Positions 13,016-24,173 are shown, counted from the stretch's first letter. The stretch: DNA of 64,000 nt from an uncultured Alphaproteobacteria bacterium (GCA_963707885.1 CAVPRV010000009.1:104676-168675), one strand, 5' to 3'. Notes: generated from the letters alone by a model not told the origin. Translations and numbers: made by a program.

Positions 13016-13997
13016 TCGACCAACGCCGCGTCCCGGATCGCAGCGGCTTCCTCAGGCGGGATAGAGAAGGCTCTTTTCCGGCCGGATCAGCGTTTCGAAA
13101 CCCTCGGGCAGCCCTGATGCGGGCGTGACGGCGGGATACATCCAGTTGGTCTCGGGGATGACGCTCTGGAAGTCGTCCGAGGCGATGAAGGCGAGGAACC
13201 GGTCCGCCAGCGCGTCCTGATCGCTGCCCTTCAGCTTCGCCGCGACTTCGACCTGAAGGTAGTGCCCTTCGGTGAAGGCGGCCGCGGCCTTGCTGTCGTC
13301 GTCTCGGCGATGAGGTGATAGGCGGGCGAGGTCGTGTAGGACAGGACCATGTCCGCCTCGCCTTCGAGGAAGAGGCCGTAGGCCTCCGACCAGCCGGGCG
13401 TCACGGTGACGATATTGTCGGACGAGCCCTTCCCAGATCGCGCCGGCACGGTCGCCGTAGGCGGCCTTGACCCAGAGCAGGAGCCCGAGGCCGGGGGTCG
13501 AGGAGCGCGGATCCTGGATCACGATCTTCAGGTCGGAGGCCGCGAGCGCCTCGAAATTCGCCGGAACAGTGCCTGTTTTCGTCTTGTCGTAGACGAAGGC
13601 GAACCAGCCCCAGTCATAGGGCACGAAGATCGGATCGGTCCAGTGCGACCGGCAGGTCGTAGCCGCGTACCGTCCTGCCCGTGCGGGGCGAAGAGCCCCG
13701 ATGCGGCGGCGGCGGCGGTCAGGCTGGTGTCGAGGCCGAGGACGATGTCGGCCTCGCGTGCCTGCGCCTTCGAGAAGCACGCGCGACAGGAGCGCCGCGC
13801 CGTCGCCGGTCGCGACGAATTCCAGGTCGCAGCCGCAGTCGGCCTCGAACGCCGTTTCGATCTGCCGGGCCGGGGCCCCAGTCCGAGACGAAGCTGTCAT
13901 AGGTATAGACCGTGAGGACGGGCTTTTCCTGCGCCATGGCCGCGGTGGCTGTCAGGAATCCCGCGATCATCAGGGTCGAGATCTGGATAGGTTTCAT
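12991..13997 (-). CDS. thiB: Thiamine ABC transporter substrate-binding protein (frameshifted)
   Basis: Signal peptide, [45 protein letters not shown]. Confidence 0.92.
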
Positions 13998-14050
13998 CTC
14001 TCATCCTCCAATGGTCAGGCGGGCGGAGATGGGGGTGGCGTGACGCCGGA

Positions 14051-14135
14051 CCTTCCCTCCGCCGGTCTTAACCGGTTCAGGTTCAACGGGTTCGCTTGCG
14101 CATCTCAGCCCTGATCCCAGAGCACCCCGAGGTGA
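14051..14135 (-). ncRNA. TPP riboswitch (THI element)
   Basis: Reverse complement CTCGGGGTGC...GGCTGAGA...ACCCGTTGAACCTGAACCGGTTAAGACCGGCGGAGGGAAG, directly upstream of thiB. Confidence 0.95.
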
Positions 14136-14182
14136 GGCGCACCATAGCGCAAGGCGCGGGCGGCGCAAGCGGATAGGGCGCG

Positions 14183-14245
14183 GAGGGGCGCTGCCCCTCG
14201 CCCCCTCGCGGGGGCTCACCCCGGGATATTTGCGGCAAGATGAAG
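14183..14245 (+). repeat. Intergenic hairpin repeat, copy 3 (with an extra internal hairpin)
   Basis: GAGGGGCGCTGCCCCTC-GCCCCCTCGCGGGGGC-TCACCCCGGGATATTTGCGGCAAGATGAAG. Confidence 0.7.
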
Positions 14246-14317
14246 CCGGAGACGGGAGGGAATGCTTGAGCGGGGGCGCGGGCTTCGCTATGCCGCTCTG
14301 GCAAAGGAGCCCGCGCC

Positions 14318-15423
14318 ATGAGCCTCAATACCTTCGGCCATCTCTTCCGCGTCACCACCTGGGGCGAGAGCCACGGGCCGGCCCTGGGCGCCACGGTGGA
14401 TGGCTGTCCGCCGGGGATCGCGCTCGACGAGGCGATGATCCAGCACTGGCTTGATCGGCGGAAGCCCGGCCAGTCGAAATACACGACCCAGCGGCGGGAG
14501 CCGGATGCGGTGCGGATCCTGTCCGGCGTCTACGAGGGCCGGACGACCGGCACGCCGATCCAGCTGATGATCGAGAACACCGACCAGCGGTCGAAGGATT
14601 ACGGCGACATCGCCAAGAAGTTCCGCCCCGGCCATGCCGACATCACCTACTGGCAGAAATACGGGATCCGCGATCCGCGCGGCGGTGGGCGGTCCTCGGC
14701 CCGCGAGACGGCGGCGCGGGTGGCGGCGGGATCGGTGGCGCGCGCGGTGCTGAAGCGCGCTGGCGCCCGACGTGCGGATCACGGGCTATATGGTGCAGAT
14801 GGGGCGGCTGAGAGCCGACCGCGACCGCTTCGACATGGATGAAGTGGAGCGCAATCCCTTCTGGTCGCCCGATGCCGCCGCGGCCGCGATCTGGGCCGGG
14901 CATCTCGACGAGTTGCGCAAGTCGGGCAATTCGCGTCGGCGCGGTGATCGAGGTCGTGGCCTCGGGCGTGCCGGCCGGGCTCGGCGCGCCGATCTACGGC
15001 AAGCTCGACACCGATCTCGCCGCCGCGATGATGTCGATCAACGCCGTCAAGGGGGTCGAGATCGGCGACGGCATGGCGGCGGCGGAGCTGACCGGCACCG
15101 AGAATGCCGACGAGATCTTCATGGGCAACGACGGCAAGCCCCGGTTCAGCTCCAACCATGCCGGCGGCATCCTCGGCGGGATCTCGACCGGGCAGGATCT
15201 CGTCGTGCGCTTCGCGGTCAAGCCGACCTCGTCGATCCTCACCCCGCGCAAGACCATCACCGTCGCGGGCGAGGAGACCGAGATCGTCACCAAGGGCCGC
15301 CACGATCCCTGCGTCGGCATCCGCGCCGTGCCGGTGGGCGAGGCGATGATGGCCTGCGTGATCCTCGATCATCTCCTTCTTCACCGCGGCCAGATCGGCG
15401 ATGCGGGCGGGCGGATCGGATGA
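14318..15423 (+). CDS. aroC: Chorismate synthase (frameshifts ~14760 and ~14935)
   Basis: [44 protein letters not shown]. Confidence 0.95.
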
Positions 15424-16071
15424 GCCTCGCGCCGCTCCGCGCTGCCCTCCGGCAGGCTTTGGCGGCAGAGACGCGGGGACGCCGCGCATGATCTCGCCCA
15501 TGCCGACCGGGTCTGGACCCATGCCCGCACGATTGCGCATGGCGAGGGGATGGCGCCGTCGCGGGTGCTGCTTTTCGCCGCCTATCTGCATGACCTCGTG
15601 ACGCTGCCGAAGGACCATCCCAAACGCAGCCGTGCCGCGATGATGTCGGCCTCGGCCGCCGGGCCGGTGATGCAGGCGCTTGGCCTCACCCCGACCGAGG
15701 TCGCCCAGGCCCGCCACGCAATCGAGGCGCACAGCTTTTCCGGCGGAACAGAGCCGCAATCGCCCGAGGCGCGCATCCTCCGCGATGCCGACCGGCTGGA
15801 GGCGCTCGGCGCCATCGGCGTGGCGCGGTGCTTCGCCGTCTCGGGCGCGCTCGGCCGACCGCTCTTCGATGCCGCCGACCCTTTCGCGATTGGGCGGGAG
15901 CCCGATGACGCCGTCTCGGCGCTCGACCATTTTGCGGTCAAGCTCCTGAAGCTGCCCGAGACCTTCCTGACCCCGACTGGCCGGCGCCTGGCGGAGGAGC
16001 GGGCGGCGGTGATGCGCCGCTACCTTGCCGACCTCGCGCGCGAACTGGGGACGCCGCCGCCCGCCTGGTGA
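15420..16071 (+). CDS. HD-domain phosphohydrolase (YedJ-like; frameshift ~15478)
   Basis: [38 protein letters not shown]; ATGA overlap with aroC. Confidence 0.85.
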
Positions 16072-16130
16072 GGGGGCGCGACGGAATCCGCTCCGTGCCG
16101 CGTGGGATAGGAATGACGACGGAGGCTCCA

Positions 16131-17019
16131 ATGGTCCGAATCGCCGCCCTGATCCTTGCGCTGATACTCGTACCACTCGCCGCCCGGGCAGAGCTTCGGC
16201 CCTACCAGATGGTGCATGACGGCACCTCCCGCAGCTTTCGCCTTTACGTTCCCGACACGCTCGCCCGCTTCCCGGGGCCAAGGCCGCTGAATTCTGGTCC
16301 TGCATGGCGGCGGCGGGTCGGGGCGCGAAGTGCGCTATTCGACGCGCGGGCGGTTCGACGAACTGGCCGAGGCGCATGGGTTCCTCGTGCTCTACCCCGA
16401 TGCGGTCGGGCGGATCTGGGACACTGGCGGTGGCGAGATCTCGTCGCGCCTCAGCCCCCGCCGCGACGATTCCGGCTTCCTCATGGCTGCCATCGCAGCG
16501 GTCGCGCGAGACCACAGCATCGACCGCGACCGCGTCTTCGCCACCGGCGTGTCGCGCGGCGGGATGGAGAGCTATGCGCTGGCCTGCGGGGCGCCCGGCC
16601 TGATCCGAGCCATTGCCCCGGTGGCGATGACGCTTCCCAAAGCCTCCGCCGCCGCTTGCGCCAAGGGTGCGCCGCTCGGCTTTCTGCTGATCCACGGCAC
16701 TGCCGATCCCTTCGTTCCCTACGCGGGCGGGCCGATCAATCTCGGCCGACGCGACCGCGACCTCGTGCTCTCGGCCGAGGCGACGATGGCGGTGTTCAAC
16801 CGCCGCAATGGCTGCGCGGGAACTGTCGGAGAGATCGCCGGCAAGGTCCGGCATCTGGACGGCACCGGCTGCGCGGCACCGACCGGGTTCTACAGCGTCG
16901 GCGGCGGCGGGCACGGCTGGCCCGGCGGGCGCAAGGTCATTCCGGGCGGACGCGCGGGGCCGGTCAACACCGACATCTCCGCCCCTGACGAGATCTGGGC
17001 CTTCTTCAGCCGGTTCTGA
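16131..17019 (+). CDS. Exported alpha/beta-hydrolase esterase (LpqC/PHB-depolymerase-like; frameshift ~16290)
   Basis: Signal peptide, LHGGGG oxyanion motif, GVSRGG nucleophile elbow, HGTADP, GGGHGWPG. Confidence 0.82.
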
Positions 17020-17888
17020 CCGGAACCTGTTTCGAGATCTGCACCGCGAGGATACCGGCCGCGACGATCGCGACCCCGATCCCGTCGGCAAGGCCGAGTT
17101 GCTCGTTCAGCAGGGCGGCGGCGACGAGGACGCCGAAGAACGGGTTGAGGAAATGGTAGGTCGCCGCCCGCACCGCGCCGATCCGGTCCACCAGCCGGAA
17201 CCAGACCCAGGTGGCGACGAGTCCGGGCACCAGTGTCGTATAAGCGAAGGCGAGGCCGAGGCGCGGCGTCCAGTGGACCGGCAACCCGCGCTCCGTCGCG
17301 ATGGCGGCGACGGCAAGGACCGCCGCGCCGACGAACATCTGCAGCCCGACGATCATCAGCACGTTGCCTCCCGTCGAGGCCCCCCGCACCGTCAGCGTCG
17401 CCACCGCCAGCGCCAGCGCGCCGAGGCCGCAGAAGCAAGAGCCCCGCGAGGCTGACCCCGCCGGAGAACCGCGATCCCATGATGATCGCCACCCCGACGA
17501 CGCCCGCGACCAGCCCGGCGATGCCGAGCGGGCGCACCTTCTGGCCAAGGAAGAGCCAGCCGAGGAGCGCCACCAGGAGCGGCATGGTCGAGGCGATGAT
17601 CGCGGCCAGCGACGCCTCGATCCACTGCATCGCGACGAAGTTGAGCCCGAGGTAGAGCGCATTCTGGCAAAGCCCGAAGATCGCCACCGACCGCCACTGC
17701 GCGCGCGACAGGTGCCAGCTCTGCCCGAGCGCCCGGGCAATGCCGACGCCGATCAGGCCGGAGATGAGGAACCGCACCGACAAGGCCGACAGCGGCGGCG
17801 CATCAGCGACGATCATCCGCGCCGAGGTGAAGGCCGAGGACCACATCAGGGCGAAGGCCAGCCCCATGAAGATCGCGCGCATGTCCAT
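17006..17888 (-). CDS. DMT/EamA family transporter (frameshift ~17435)
   Basis: WSSAF, RFLISG, many TM segments, FLNPFFGV. Confidence 0.88.
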
Positions 17889-18048
17889 GTTGGTTTCCTT
17901 CGGGGCGGATTGTCGTTCTTGTGCAGGCCCGCCGGTCCGGACGCAAGAGGCGCCGGGCGCGAAGGCCCATCTGCTCCGGTCACCGAAAATTGCGCGTTTT
18001 CGCGGTTCACTTCCGATTTCCCTGCGGATACCTCGGCAGGGAACGGAA

Positions 18049-18678
18049 ATGGCGGATCGCATGGCCTCAGCGGAGAAGTTCTGGAACAAGGTGGCCGAGG
18101 CATACGCGGCGAGATCCATCGGCAATCCGGAAGCCTATGAAAAGACGCTTGAGCGGGCCCGCGCCCACCTCGCGCCTGGGGATCAGGCGCTCGAACTCGG
18201 CTGCGGCACCGGATCGACCGCGCTGAGGCTGGCGGACAGCGTCGCCTATATCACTGCCACCGACATATCATCGGCGATGATCGACATCGCCCGGCGCAAG
18301 GCGGCGGACGCCGCAGTGCGCAACATATCATTCGAGATATCCGACCTTGCCGGTGCCCCGGCCCGGGACGGCGGCTACGACGTGGTTCTGGCCTTCAACC
18401 TTCTCCACCTGCTTCCGGACCTGCCGGGCGCGCTCCGCGATCTTCACGCGCGGCTGAAGCCCGGCGGGCTCTTCATCTCCAAGACGGTCTGCGTCGCCGA
18501 AATGTCCTGGTTCGTGCCATCGGTGATCCGCGTCTTGCGGCTTTTGGGGCGCGCGCCCGATATTCGGACGCTGAGCGCACCTTCGGTCGATGCGGCCATC
18601 GCCGGGGCGGGCTTCCGGATCGAGGAAACCGGGATGTATCCCGCGACGAGGCACTTCGTCGTCGCGCGCAAGATCTGA
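18049..18678 (+). CDS. Class I SAM-dependent methyltransferase
   Basis: LELGCGTG, TDISSAMI, FNLLHLL, LKPGGLF. Confidence 0.88.
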   Translation: MADRMASAEKFWNKVAEAYAARSIGNPEAYEKTLERARAHLAPGDQALELGCGTGSTALRLADSVAYITATDISSAMIDIARRKAADAAVRNISFEISDLAGAPARDGGYDVVLAFNLLHLLPDLPGALRDLHARLKPGGLFISKTVCVAEMSWFVPSVIRVLRLLGRAPDIRTLSAPSVDAAIAGAGFRIEETGMYPATRHFVVARKI

Positions 18679-18720
18679 CCGCGCGCGGGTGGCCCGGATC
18701 TCCGGCCCCTCCCGTAAACG

Positions 18721-18780
18721 AAAAAGGGCCGCCTGGCGGCGACCCTGTCAAATGCAGCCCCGCCTATGGCGGGGGCTGCA
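18721..18780 (-). terminator. Tandem hairpins downstream of HU, the distal one with a U tract
   Basis: TGCAGCCCCGCC/GGCGGGGGCTGCA stem, then on the minus strand AGGGTCGCC..GGCGGCCCTTTTT. Confidence 0.7.
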
Positions 18781-18786
18781 GAAATC

Positions 18787-19074
18787 TCAGCTGTTGACGC
18801 TGTCCTTCAGCGCCTTGACGATCGAGACCTTCACGACCTTGTCGGCCGCTTTCGTCATCGTTTCGCCGGTGGCCGGGTTGCGTACCTGACGCTCGGGACG
18901 GGCGCGGCACTGGACCTTGCCGATGCCCGGCAGCGTGACGGCACCGCCGCCGGCCACTTCACGGGTCACCACAGCGGCAATCGCATCGAGAGCCGACGAG
19001 GCAGTCTTCTTGTCGGACCCCATCTCTTCGGCCAGGGCGGCGACGAGCTGGGTTTTGGTCATCGGTTTGGACAT
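18787..19074 (-). CDS. HU family DNA-binding protein
   Basis: MTKTQLV, VTLPGIGK, RPERQVRNPATGE; RBS GAGGAG. Confidence 0.93.
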   Translation of the reverse strand: MSKPMTKTQLVAALAEEMGSDKKTASSALDAIAAVVTREVAGGGAVTLPGIGKVQCRARPERQVRNPATGETMTKAADKVVKVSIVKALKDSVNS

Positions 19075-19216
19075 GTCTGTCTCCTCACTGGTCCCCGTTT
19101 GCTAGGGGGTTATCTGCGCCATTTAGCGTCATCTAGTGTTCCTACACAATCTTTTGTGGCTCAAAGCAAGCAATTTCCGCCCGTTTGTGGCTTTTTTTCG
19201 CTCTTTCCGTCGAGTC

Positions 19217-20698
19217 TCAGAGGAAAGCGGTCTCCTCGAAACTACGCAACTTGCGGCTGTGGATACGTTCGAGCGGCATCTCGCGCAAGCGCTCCATCGC
19301 CTTCACACCGATCAGAAGGTGGCGGCTCACCTGCGTCTTGTAGAAATCCGTGGCCATGCCGGGCAGCTTCAGCTCACCGTGCAGCGGCTTGTCGGAGACG
19401 CAAAGAAGCGTGCCGTAGGGCACCCGGAAGCGGAACCCGTTCGCCGCGATCGTGGCACTTTCCATGTCGAGCGCGATCGCCCGACTCTGGCTGAGGCGCT
19501 GCACCGGGCCGGTCTGGTCGCGCAGTTCCCAGTTGCGGTTGTCGACGGTTGCGACGGTTCCGGTCCGCATGATCCGCTTCAGATCGAACCCTTCGAGCCG
19601 GCTGATCTCCGCCACCGCCTCCTGGAGTGCGATCTGGATCTCCGCCAGCGCCGGGATCGGCACCCAGACCGGCAGATCGTCGTCGAGCACCTTGTCCTCG
19701 CGCAGATAGGCATGGGCGAGGACAAAATCGCCGAGCGACTGGCTGTTCCTGAGCCCCGCGCAATGGCCGACCATCAGCCAGGCGTGGGGTCGCAGCACCG
19801 CGATATGATCCGTCGCGGTCTTCGCGTTCGAAGGGCCGACGCCGATATTGACCAGCGTAATTCCCTGTCCGCCTCGGCGTTTCAGGTGGTAGGACGGCAT
19901 CTGCGGCAGCTTCGCAGGCTGCGGAATATCGCCGTCGGCAACGCGGATCTCGTGATTTCCCGGTGCCACGAAGGAGGTGTAGCCGGAGGACGGATCGGCT
20001 AGCATCTGCCGCGCGAAGGTCTCGAACTCGTCGACATAGAACTGGTAGTTGGTGAACAGGACATGGTTCTGGAAATGCGCCGGGTCTGTCGCGGTGTAAT
20101 GGGCGAGCCGGGCGAGCGAGTAGTCCACCCGCTGCGCGGTGAAGGGGGCAAGGTGGCCTGACCCGTCGGGATTGGACTTTGCGGTGCCGTTGACGATGTC
20201 GTCGTTGGTCGTGGCCAGATCCGGCACGTCGAAAACGTCACGCAGCGGAAAGTCGAGCACGCCTTCCTGCGGCACCGACACCGAAGGGTTCGAGGCCACT
20301 GCGAAATGCACCGGGATCGGCGTGGCGCTCGGCCCGACGATGACCGGCACGCCGTGGTTGCGGATCAGCAGGTCGAGCTGCTGGACGAGGTAGTGGCGGA
20401 AGAGATCCGGCCGCGTGATCGTCGCGGAATAGGTGCCGGGGACCGCGACATGGCCGAAGCTCAGCCGGCTGTCGGCCTTGGCATGGCTCGTCGTGGTGAT
20501 CCGCACTTCCGGATAGAAGGCCCTCACCCGCGCCTTCGGACGTTTGCCGGCGATCGTCTCGCTGAACGTGTCGAAAAGAAAATGCGTCGCCTGCGAATAC
20601 AGTGCCTCGAGCCGTGACACCGCAGCCTCGGCATCGGTGAAGGCCTCCGGGGCGGCGACCTGCGGCAGAAGGATCGGCACCTGGTCCTGCGCGTTCAT
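19217..20698 (-). CDS. amn: AMP nucleosidase
   Basis: LFTNYQFYVDEF, VNIGVGPSNAKT, GHCAGLR, LDMESATIA, SDKPLHGE. Confidence 0.95.
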   Translation of the reverse strand: MNAQDQVPILLPQVAAPEAFTDAEAAVSRLEALYSQATHFLFDTFSETIAGKRPKARVRAFYPEVRITTTSHAKADSRLSFGHVAVPGTYSATITRPDLFRHYLVQQLDLLIRNHGVPVIVGPSATPIPVHFAVASNPSVSVPQEGVLDFPLRDVFDVPDLATTNDDIVNGTAKSNPDGSGHLAPFTAQRVDYSLARLAHYTATDPAHFQNHVLFTNYQFYVDEFETFARQMLADPSSGYTSFVAPGNHEIRVADGDIPQPAKLPQMPSYHLKRRGGQGITLVNIGVGPSNAKTATDHIAVLRPHAWLMVGHCAGLRNSQSLGDFVLAHAYLREDKVLDDDLPVWVPIPALAEIQIALQEAVAEISRLEGFDLKRIMRTGTVATVDNRNWELRDQTGPVQRLSQSRAIALDMESATIAANGFRFRVPYGTLLCVSDKPLHGELKLPGMATDFYKTQVSRHLLIGVKAMERLREMPLERIHSRKLRSFEETAFL

Positions 20699-20941
20699 CG
20701 GGTCCGCTCCGTGCCGACGGGCAATTGACGGTCGGCCTGGCCGGACACCGACGAGGGGTCCGCCGGGCGGCAAAGCGGAAGGTGAGATTGCGTTCGCGTG
20801 TTCATGCTAAAACCTGCCAGATCGGCAGGCCCCCCGCAAGGGGTCGGAACGGGCGGGATTTTCGGCGCAATCCTGCCGGGCCTTCAAGAATTTTCACGAA
20901 AATTCTTCGGCCCGCACCCTGCGGGCCGGTAAAATCGTCGC

Positions 20942-21979
20942 TCAAGTTTTTTCCGCACCAAGACCCAGCGCCGCAAAGCCCCGCGCGGCGAGCTTCGCAT
21001 GTAGCGCCCCGGCCTCGCGCCCGAGGCCGGCATCGTGCGCTCCTGGCGCCTTGTCGGGGACTGGCCGCAACTCCCCCGCCGCGTCGCCCGGCACCCCGAT
21101 CCGGGCCGCCACCGACGCCCAGACCGCAGGATCGGCACTCAGAGCCTCATAGGGTACGAAGGTCACGTTCGGGCAGTCCGCCTCGACCGCGTCAAGCGCG
21201 CCATAGACCGAAAGCCAGAGCCTCAGCCAGTAATCCATCGCCATCGGATCGCCCGAGGGCGGCGCGCCGAACAAGAACGGTCGGTGCGTCGCACCGAATT
21301 CGTGATGGCCGAGCCAGATCATGTAGTCCTGCGTGAACGCATCGGCGCCGAGGAAGCGCTTGTGCTGGCCCAGAAGACTCGCCGCGTGATCGAGCGGCCG
21401 GCGCAGGGGCACGAGGAACTCCGCCTCCGGCATCGCCCGCGCCAGAGTTCCAAGCCGCAGGATCGTGTTGTTGTTCTTCGAGACGTAGCGGGTCTTGCCG
21501 GTCTTGCGCAGAACCAGCCGGATCAGGTCGCGGTAGCCCGCGATCAGATCCTCGTCCGGTTCGTGCGGCGCGAGCCCCCCGGCGCCGATATAAGCCTTGC
21601 CGTCGAAGACGCGCCAGTAGACCTCGTCGAGCGCCTCGGGGCTCTGGGTATCGACCTCGATCCCGTCGCCATGCGCGCGTTCGGCCTTCACGCCCGGCTC
21701 ATGCCCCTTGCGGCTGAGCTTGGCCCAGAGGTTCGGCGCCAGAACAAAGGGCATGTCGGCATAGGTCAGCGACCCGAATTCCCCGGTCCGGTGGATCTCC
21801 CGCATCAGGATCGTCGTGCCGGCACGCGCAAGCCCGGTGACGAAGACATGCCGGCCGGTATCCTCGGGCGCAGATTTCAGGAACGCCCCCCGCTCGATGT
21901 CATGCATCATCTCGGCCCGCGCGGGCGATGCCAGCGCCAGCCGGTGCAGCAGTCGGTCCAACGCGGAATAGTCAGACAC
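20942..21979 (-). CDS. PAPS-dependent sulfotransferase
   Basis: 5'-PSB loop VFVTGLARAGTT, SKNN, 3'-PB-like LRRPLDHAAS. Confidence 0.85.
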   Translation of the reverse strand: MSDYSALDRLLHRLALASPARAEMMHDIERGAFLKSAPEDTGRHVFVTGLARAGTTILMREIHRTGEFGSLTYADMPFVLAPNLWAKLSRKGHEPGVKAERAHGDGIEVDTQSPEALDEVYWRVFDGKAYIGAGGLAPHEPDEDLIAGYRDLIRLVLRKTGKTRYVSKNNNTILRLGTLARAMPEAEFLVPLRRPLDHAASLLGQHKRFLGADAFTQDYMIWLGHHEFGATHRPFLFGAPPSGDPMAMDYWLRLWLSVYGALDAVEADCPNVTFVPYEALSADPAVWASVAARIGVPGDAAGELRPVPDKAPGAHDAGLGREAGALHAKLAARGFAALGLGAEKT

Positions 21980-22343
21980 GCGTCACCTTCAGTCTGAGCC
22001 AGACATAGCCGATGGAGACGAGGCAGAGGACGAGGATCACCGAGGGCCGCATAAGTGCCTCACCCCAAGCCGCCAGGCCGCCGGGATAGACCAGGCCGAG
22101 TGCGGCGACCGGTGCCAGCGCCAGCATCAGCATCGCGAAGAACTGCACCGATCCCTTGCCAATCACCCAGGAGTAAGACGGTAGAATCTTTTCCTTCCAG
22201 TGGTCGGAGATCCGCTTGCTTCTGAGCACCCGCTGCGATTTCTGCGCCGTTTTCGTCACCCGCCGGATCACCGGCAGGAGCGGCAGGCGCAAAAAGGCCT
22301 CGCTGGCCAGCACGGCCGCGACAAGCACGAAAATCCAGATCAT
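21972..22343 (-). CDS. Hypothetical membrane protein (3 predicted TM segments)
   Basis: Hydrophobic segments around an SDHWKEK loop; overlaps the sulfotransferase start. Confidence 0.72.
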   Translation of the reverse strand: MIWIFVLVAAVLASEAFLRLPLLPVIRRVTKTAQKSQRVLRSKRISDHWKEKILPSYSWVIGKGSVQFFAMLMLALAPVAALGLVYPGGLAAWGEALMRPSVILVLCLVSIGYVWLRLKVTRV

Positions 22344-22350
22344 TCCGGCG

Positions 22351-22599
22351 CTATTCCGCCGGCTTTCCGCCATCGGACGCCTTAGACGATTTGGCCGATT
22401 TCGACTTCTTGCCCTTCATCAAGCGCTTGATCGGGTAGTAGAGCACCGCGACGATGGCGAGGAAGATCGAACCGAGCACACCGAGTACGGCGGCAATGGC
22501 GCCAGCGCCGACCCCCGGACCGATATAGGCAAGCGCCGCCACGGGCTGCAAAGCCAGGGTCAGGGTCAAGACGAGGACGGGAAAAAGGGTCTTCTGCAT
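22351..22599 (-). CDS. Small exported membrane-anchored protein (YIGPG motif)
   Basis: Signal peptide ending ALA, then YIGPG, one TM helix and a Lys/Ser-rich tail. Confidence 0.72.
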   Translation of the reverse strand: MQKTLFPVLVLTLTLALQPVAALAYIGPGVGAGAIAAVLGVLGSIFLAIVAVLYYPIKRLMKGKKSKSAKSSKASDGGKPAE

Positions 22600-22863
22600 C
22601 AAAATTCGCTTTCCTGATCGCGCGGGTAAAGAGTGAATCACTCGGGCTGACCTGCCCCAGCCCGGCCCACAATGCCAGATTTTAACCCTTTACGCCAAGG
22701 ATTTGCTCGGCCGGCAGGTGTGAAATCGCGCATCGTTCCGCCGGAATGCTGATCAAAGGCGCGGCACGGGCGGGTTTGTTGCCCATCCGGCATCCTCTCG
22801 CATGACTTGGCAGCATCCGCGCGCCGTGATCTAGTGTGGCCGATGCCCCTGGATCCCACCGCC

Positions 22864-23154
22864 ATGCCGGAGTCCACGATCTCCATCGCCTACTGTACCC
22901 AGTGCAACTGGCTCTTGCGTTCCGCCTGGATGGCGCAGGAGCTGCTGTCGACCTTCGCGACCGACTTGGGCGGCGTGACGCTCCGCCCCGGCACCGGCGG
23001 CATATTCGAGATCCGGCTCAGCGACGAACTGATCTGGGAGCGCAAGCGCGACGGTGGCTTTCCCGACATCCGCCACCTGAAGCAGCTGGTGCGCGACCGC
23101 ATCGCGCCCGATCGCGATCTCGGCCATACCGATCGCGCCGCGAAGGAGGACTGA
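22864..23154 (+). CDS. SelT/SelW/SelH (Rdx) family protein
   Basis: YCTQCNWLLRSAWMAQELL, GGIFEI, WERKRDGGFP. Confidence 0.92.
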   Translation: MPESTISIAYCTQCNWLLRSAWMAQELLSTFATDLGGVTLRPGTGGIFEIRLSDELIWERKRDGGFPDIRHLKQLVRDRIAPDRDLGHTDRAAKED

Positions 23155-23158
23155 ACCC

Positions 23159-23998
23159 ATGTCCTTTTCCATCTCCGACGCGCTCTGGCTCTTTCTCATC
23201 CTGTCGATGCTGCAACCGGTCCTCGCCCGAAAGCTGACCGACATGCGGCGGATCTCGATGATCTCGCATCTTGAAAAACAGCGCGGCAGCCGAGTGATCC
23301 TGATGGTCCACCGGCAGGAAACCATGAAGCTCCTCGGCTTTCCGCTCATGCGCTACATCGACATCCAAGACAGCGAGGACGTGCTGCGCGCGATCCGATT
23401 GACGGATGACGAGATGCCGCTCGACATCGTTTTGCACACGCCCGGCGGCCTGGTTCTGGCCGCTTTGCAGATCGCCCGCGCGGTCGAGGCGCACAAGGGC
23501 AAGGTCACGGTCTTCGTGCCGCATCACGCGATGTCGGGCGGCACGCTCGTGGCCCTCGCAGCGGACGAGATCGTGATGTGCGACCACTCCGTCCTCGGCC
23601 CGATCGACCCGCAGATCGGCCTGTTCCCCGCCGCCTCCATCGTCAAGGCCGTCGAGGCGAAACCGGTGGCCGATCTGGACGACGAAACGCTGATCCTCGC
23701 CGATGTCGGGCGAAAAGCGCTGGCGCAGGTGTTGTCGGCCGCGACGGAACTGCTCGCCGTCCGGATGCCGCGCGACGAGGCGCAGACCCTGGCCGAGAAA
23801 CTCGCCTCCGGCACCTGGACCCATGACTACCCGATCCCGGCGGCCGAGGCCAAGGCTCTGGGCCTGCCGGTATCGACCGACATGCCGGACGAGGTGATGA
23901 CGCTGATGACCCTCTATCCCCAACCGGTGCGGCAGTCGGGCGGGGTAGAGTGCCTTCCGATCCCGCGCGAACGCCCCGGCAAGTCGCACAAGGCTTGA
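23159..23998 (+). CDS. SDH family Clp-fold serine proteinase
   Basis: LHTPGG, AMSGGTLVALAADEIVM, LGPIDPQ, WTHDYPI. Confidence 0.9.
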   Translation: MSFSISDALWLFLILSMLQPVLARKLTDMRRISMISHLEKQRGSRVILMVHRQETMKLLGFPLMRYIDIQDSEDVLRAIRLTDDEMPLDIVLHTPGGLVLAALQIARAVEAHKGKVTVFVPHHAMSGGTLVALAADEIVMCDHSVLGPIDPQIGLFPAASIVKAVEAKPVADLDDETLILADVGRKALAQVLSAATELLAVRMPRDEAQTLAEKLASGTWTHDYPIPAAEAKALGLPVSTDMPDEVMTLMTLYPQPVRQSGGVECLPIPRERPGKSHKA

Positions 23999-24173
23999 CG
24001 GCAGCCGCAGAAGGAATGTTCCAAAGCCGGGCTCAGATCCCGAAAGAAAACCGGTCTGCCGAACGGAGCGCGGAGAGGGCCGCGCCCGAGCCGCCTCGAG
24101 TGGGAAGCGATGCGCGAATAGCCGGTGCATCCCATGTTGCCGGCCAGCGCATTCCTGGCCAACGCCCCCGGTC

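Noticed and set aside
14779-17091. Long antisense and alternative-frame ORFs (e.g. 770 aa here, 705 aa opposite dxs, 677 aa opposite gltB)
   Set aside because: Shadow ORFs typical of high-GC DNA: Arg/Pro/Ala-rich, no motifs, overlapping well-supported genes.
22864-23154. Selenocysteine in the SelW-like protein
   Set aside because: The motif is CTQC with two Cys codons and no in-frame TGA.
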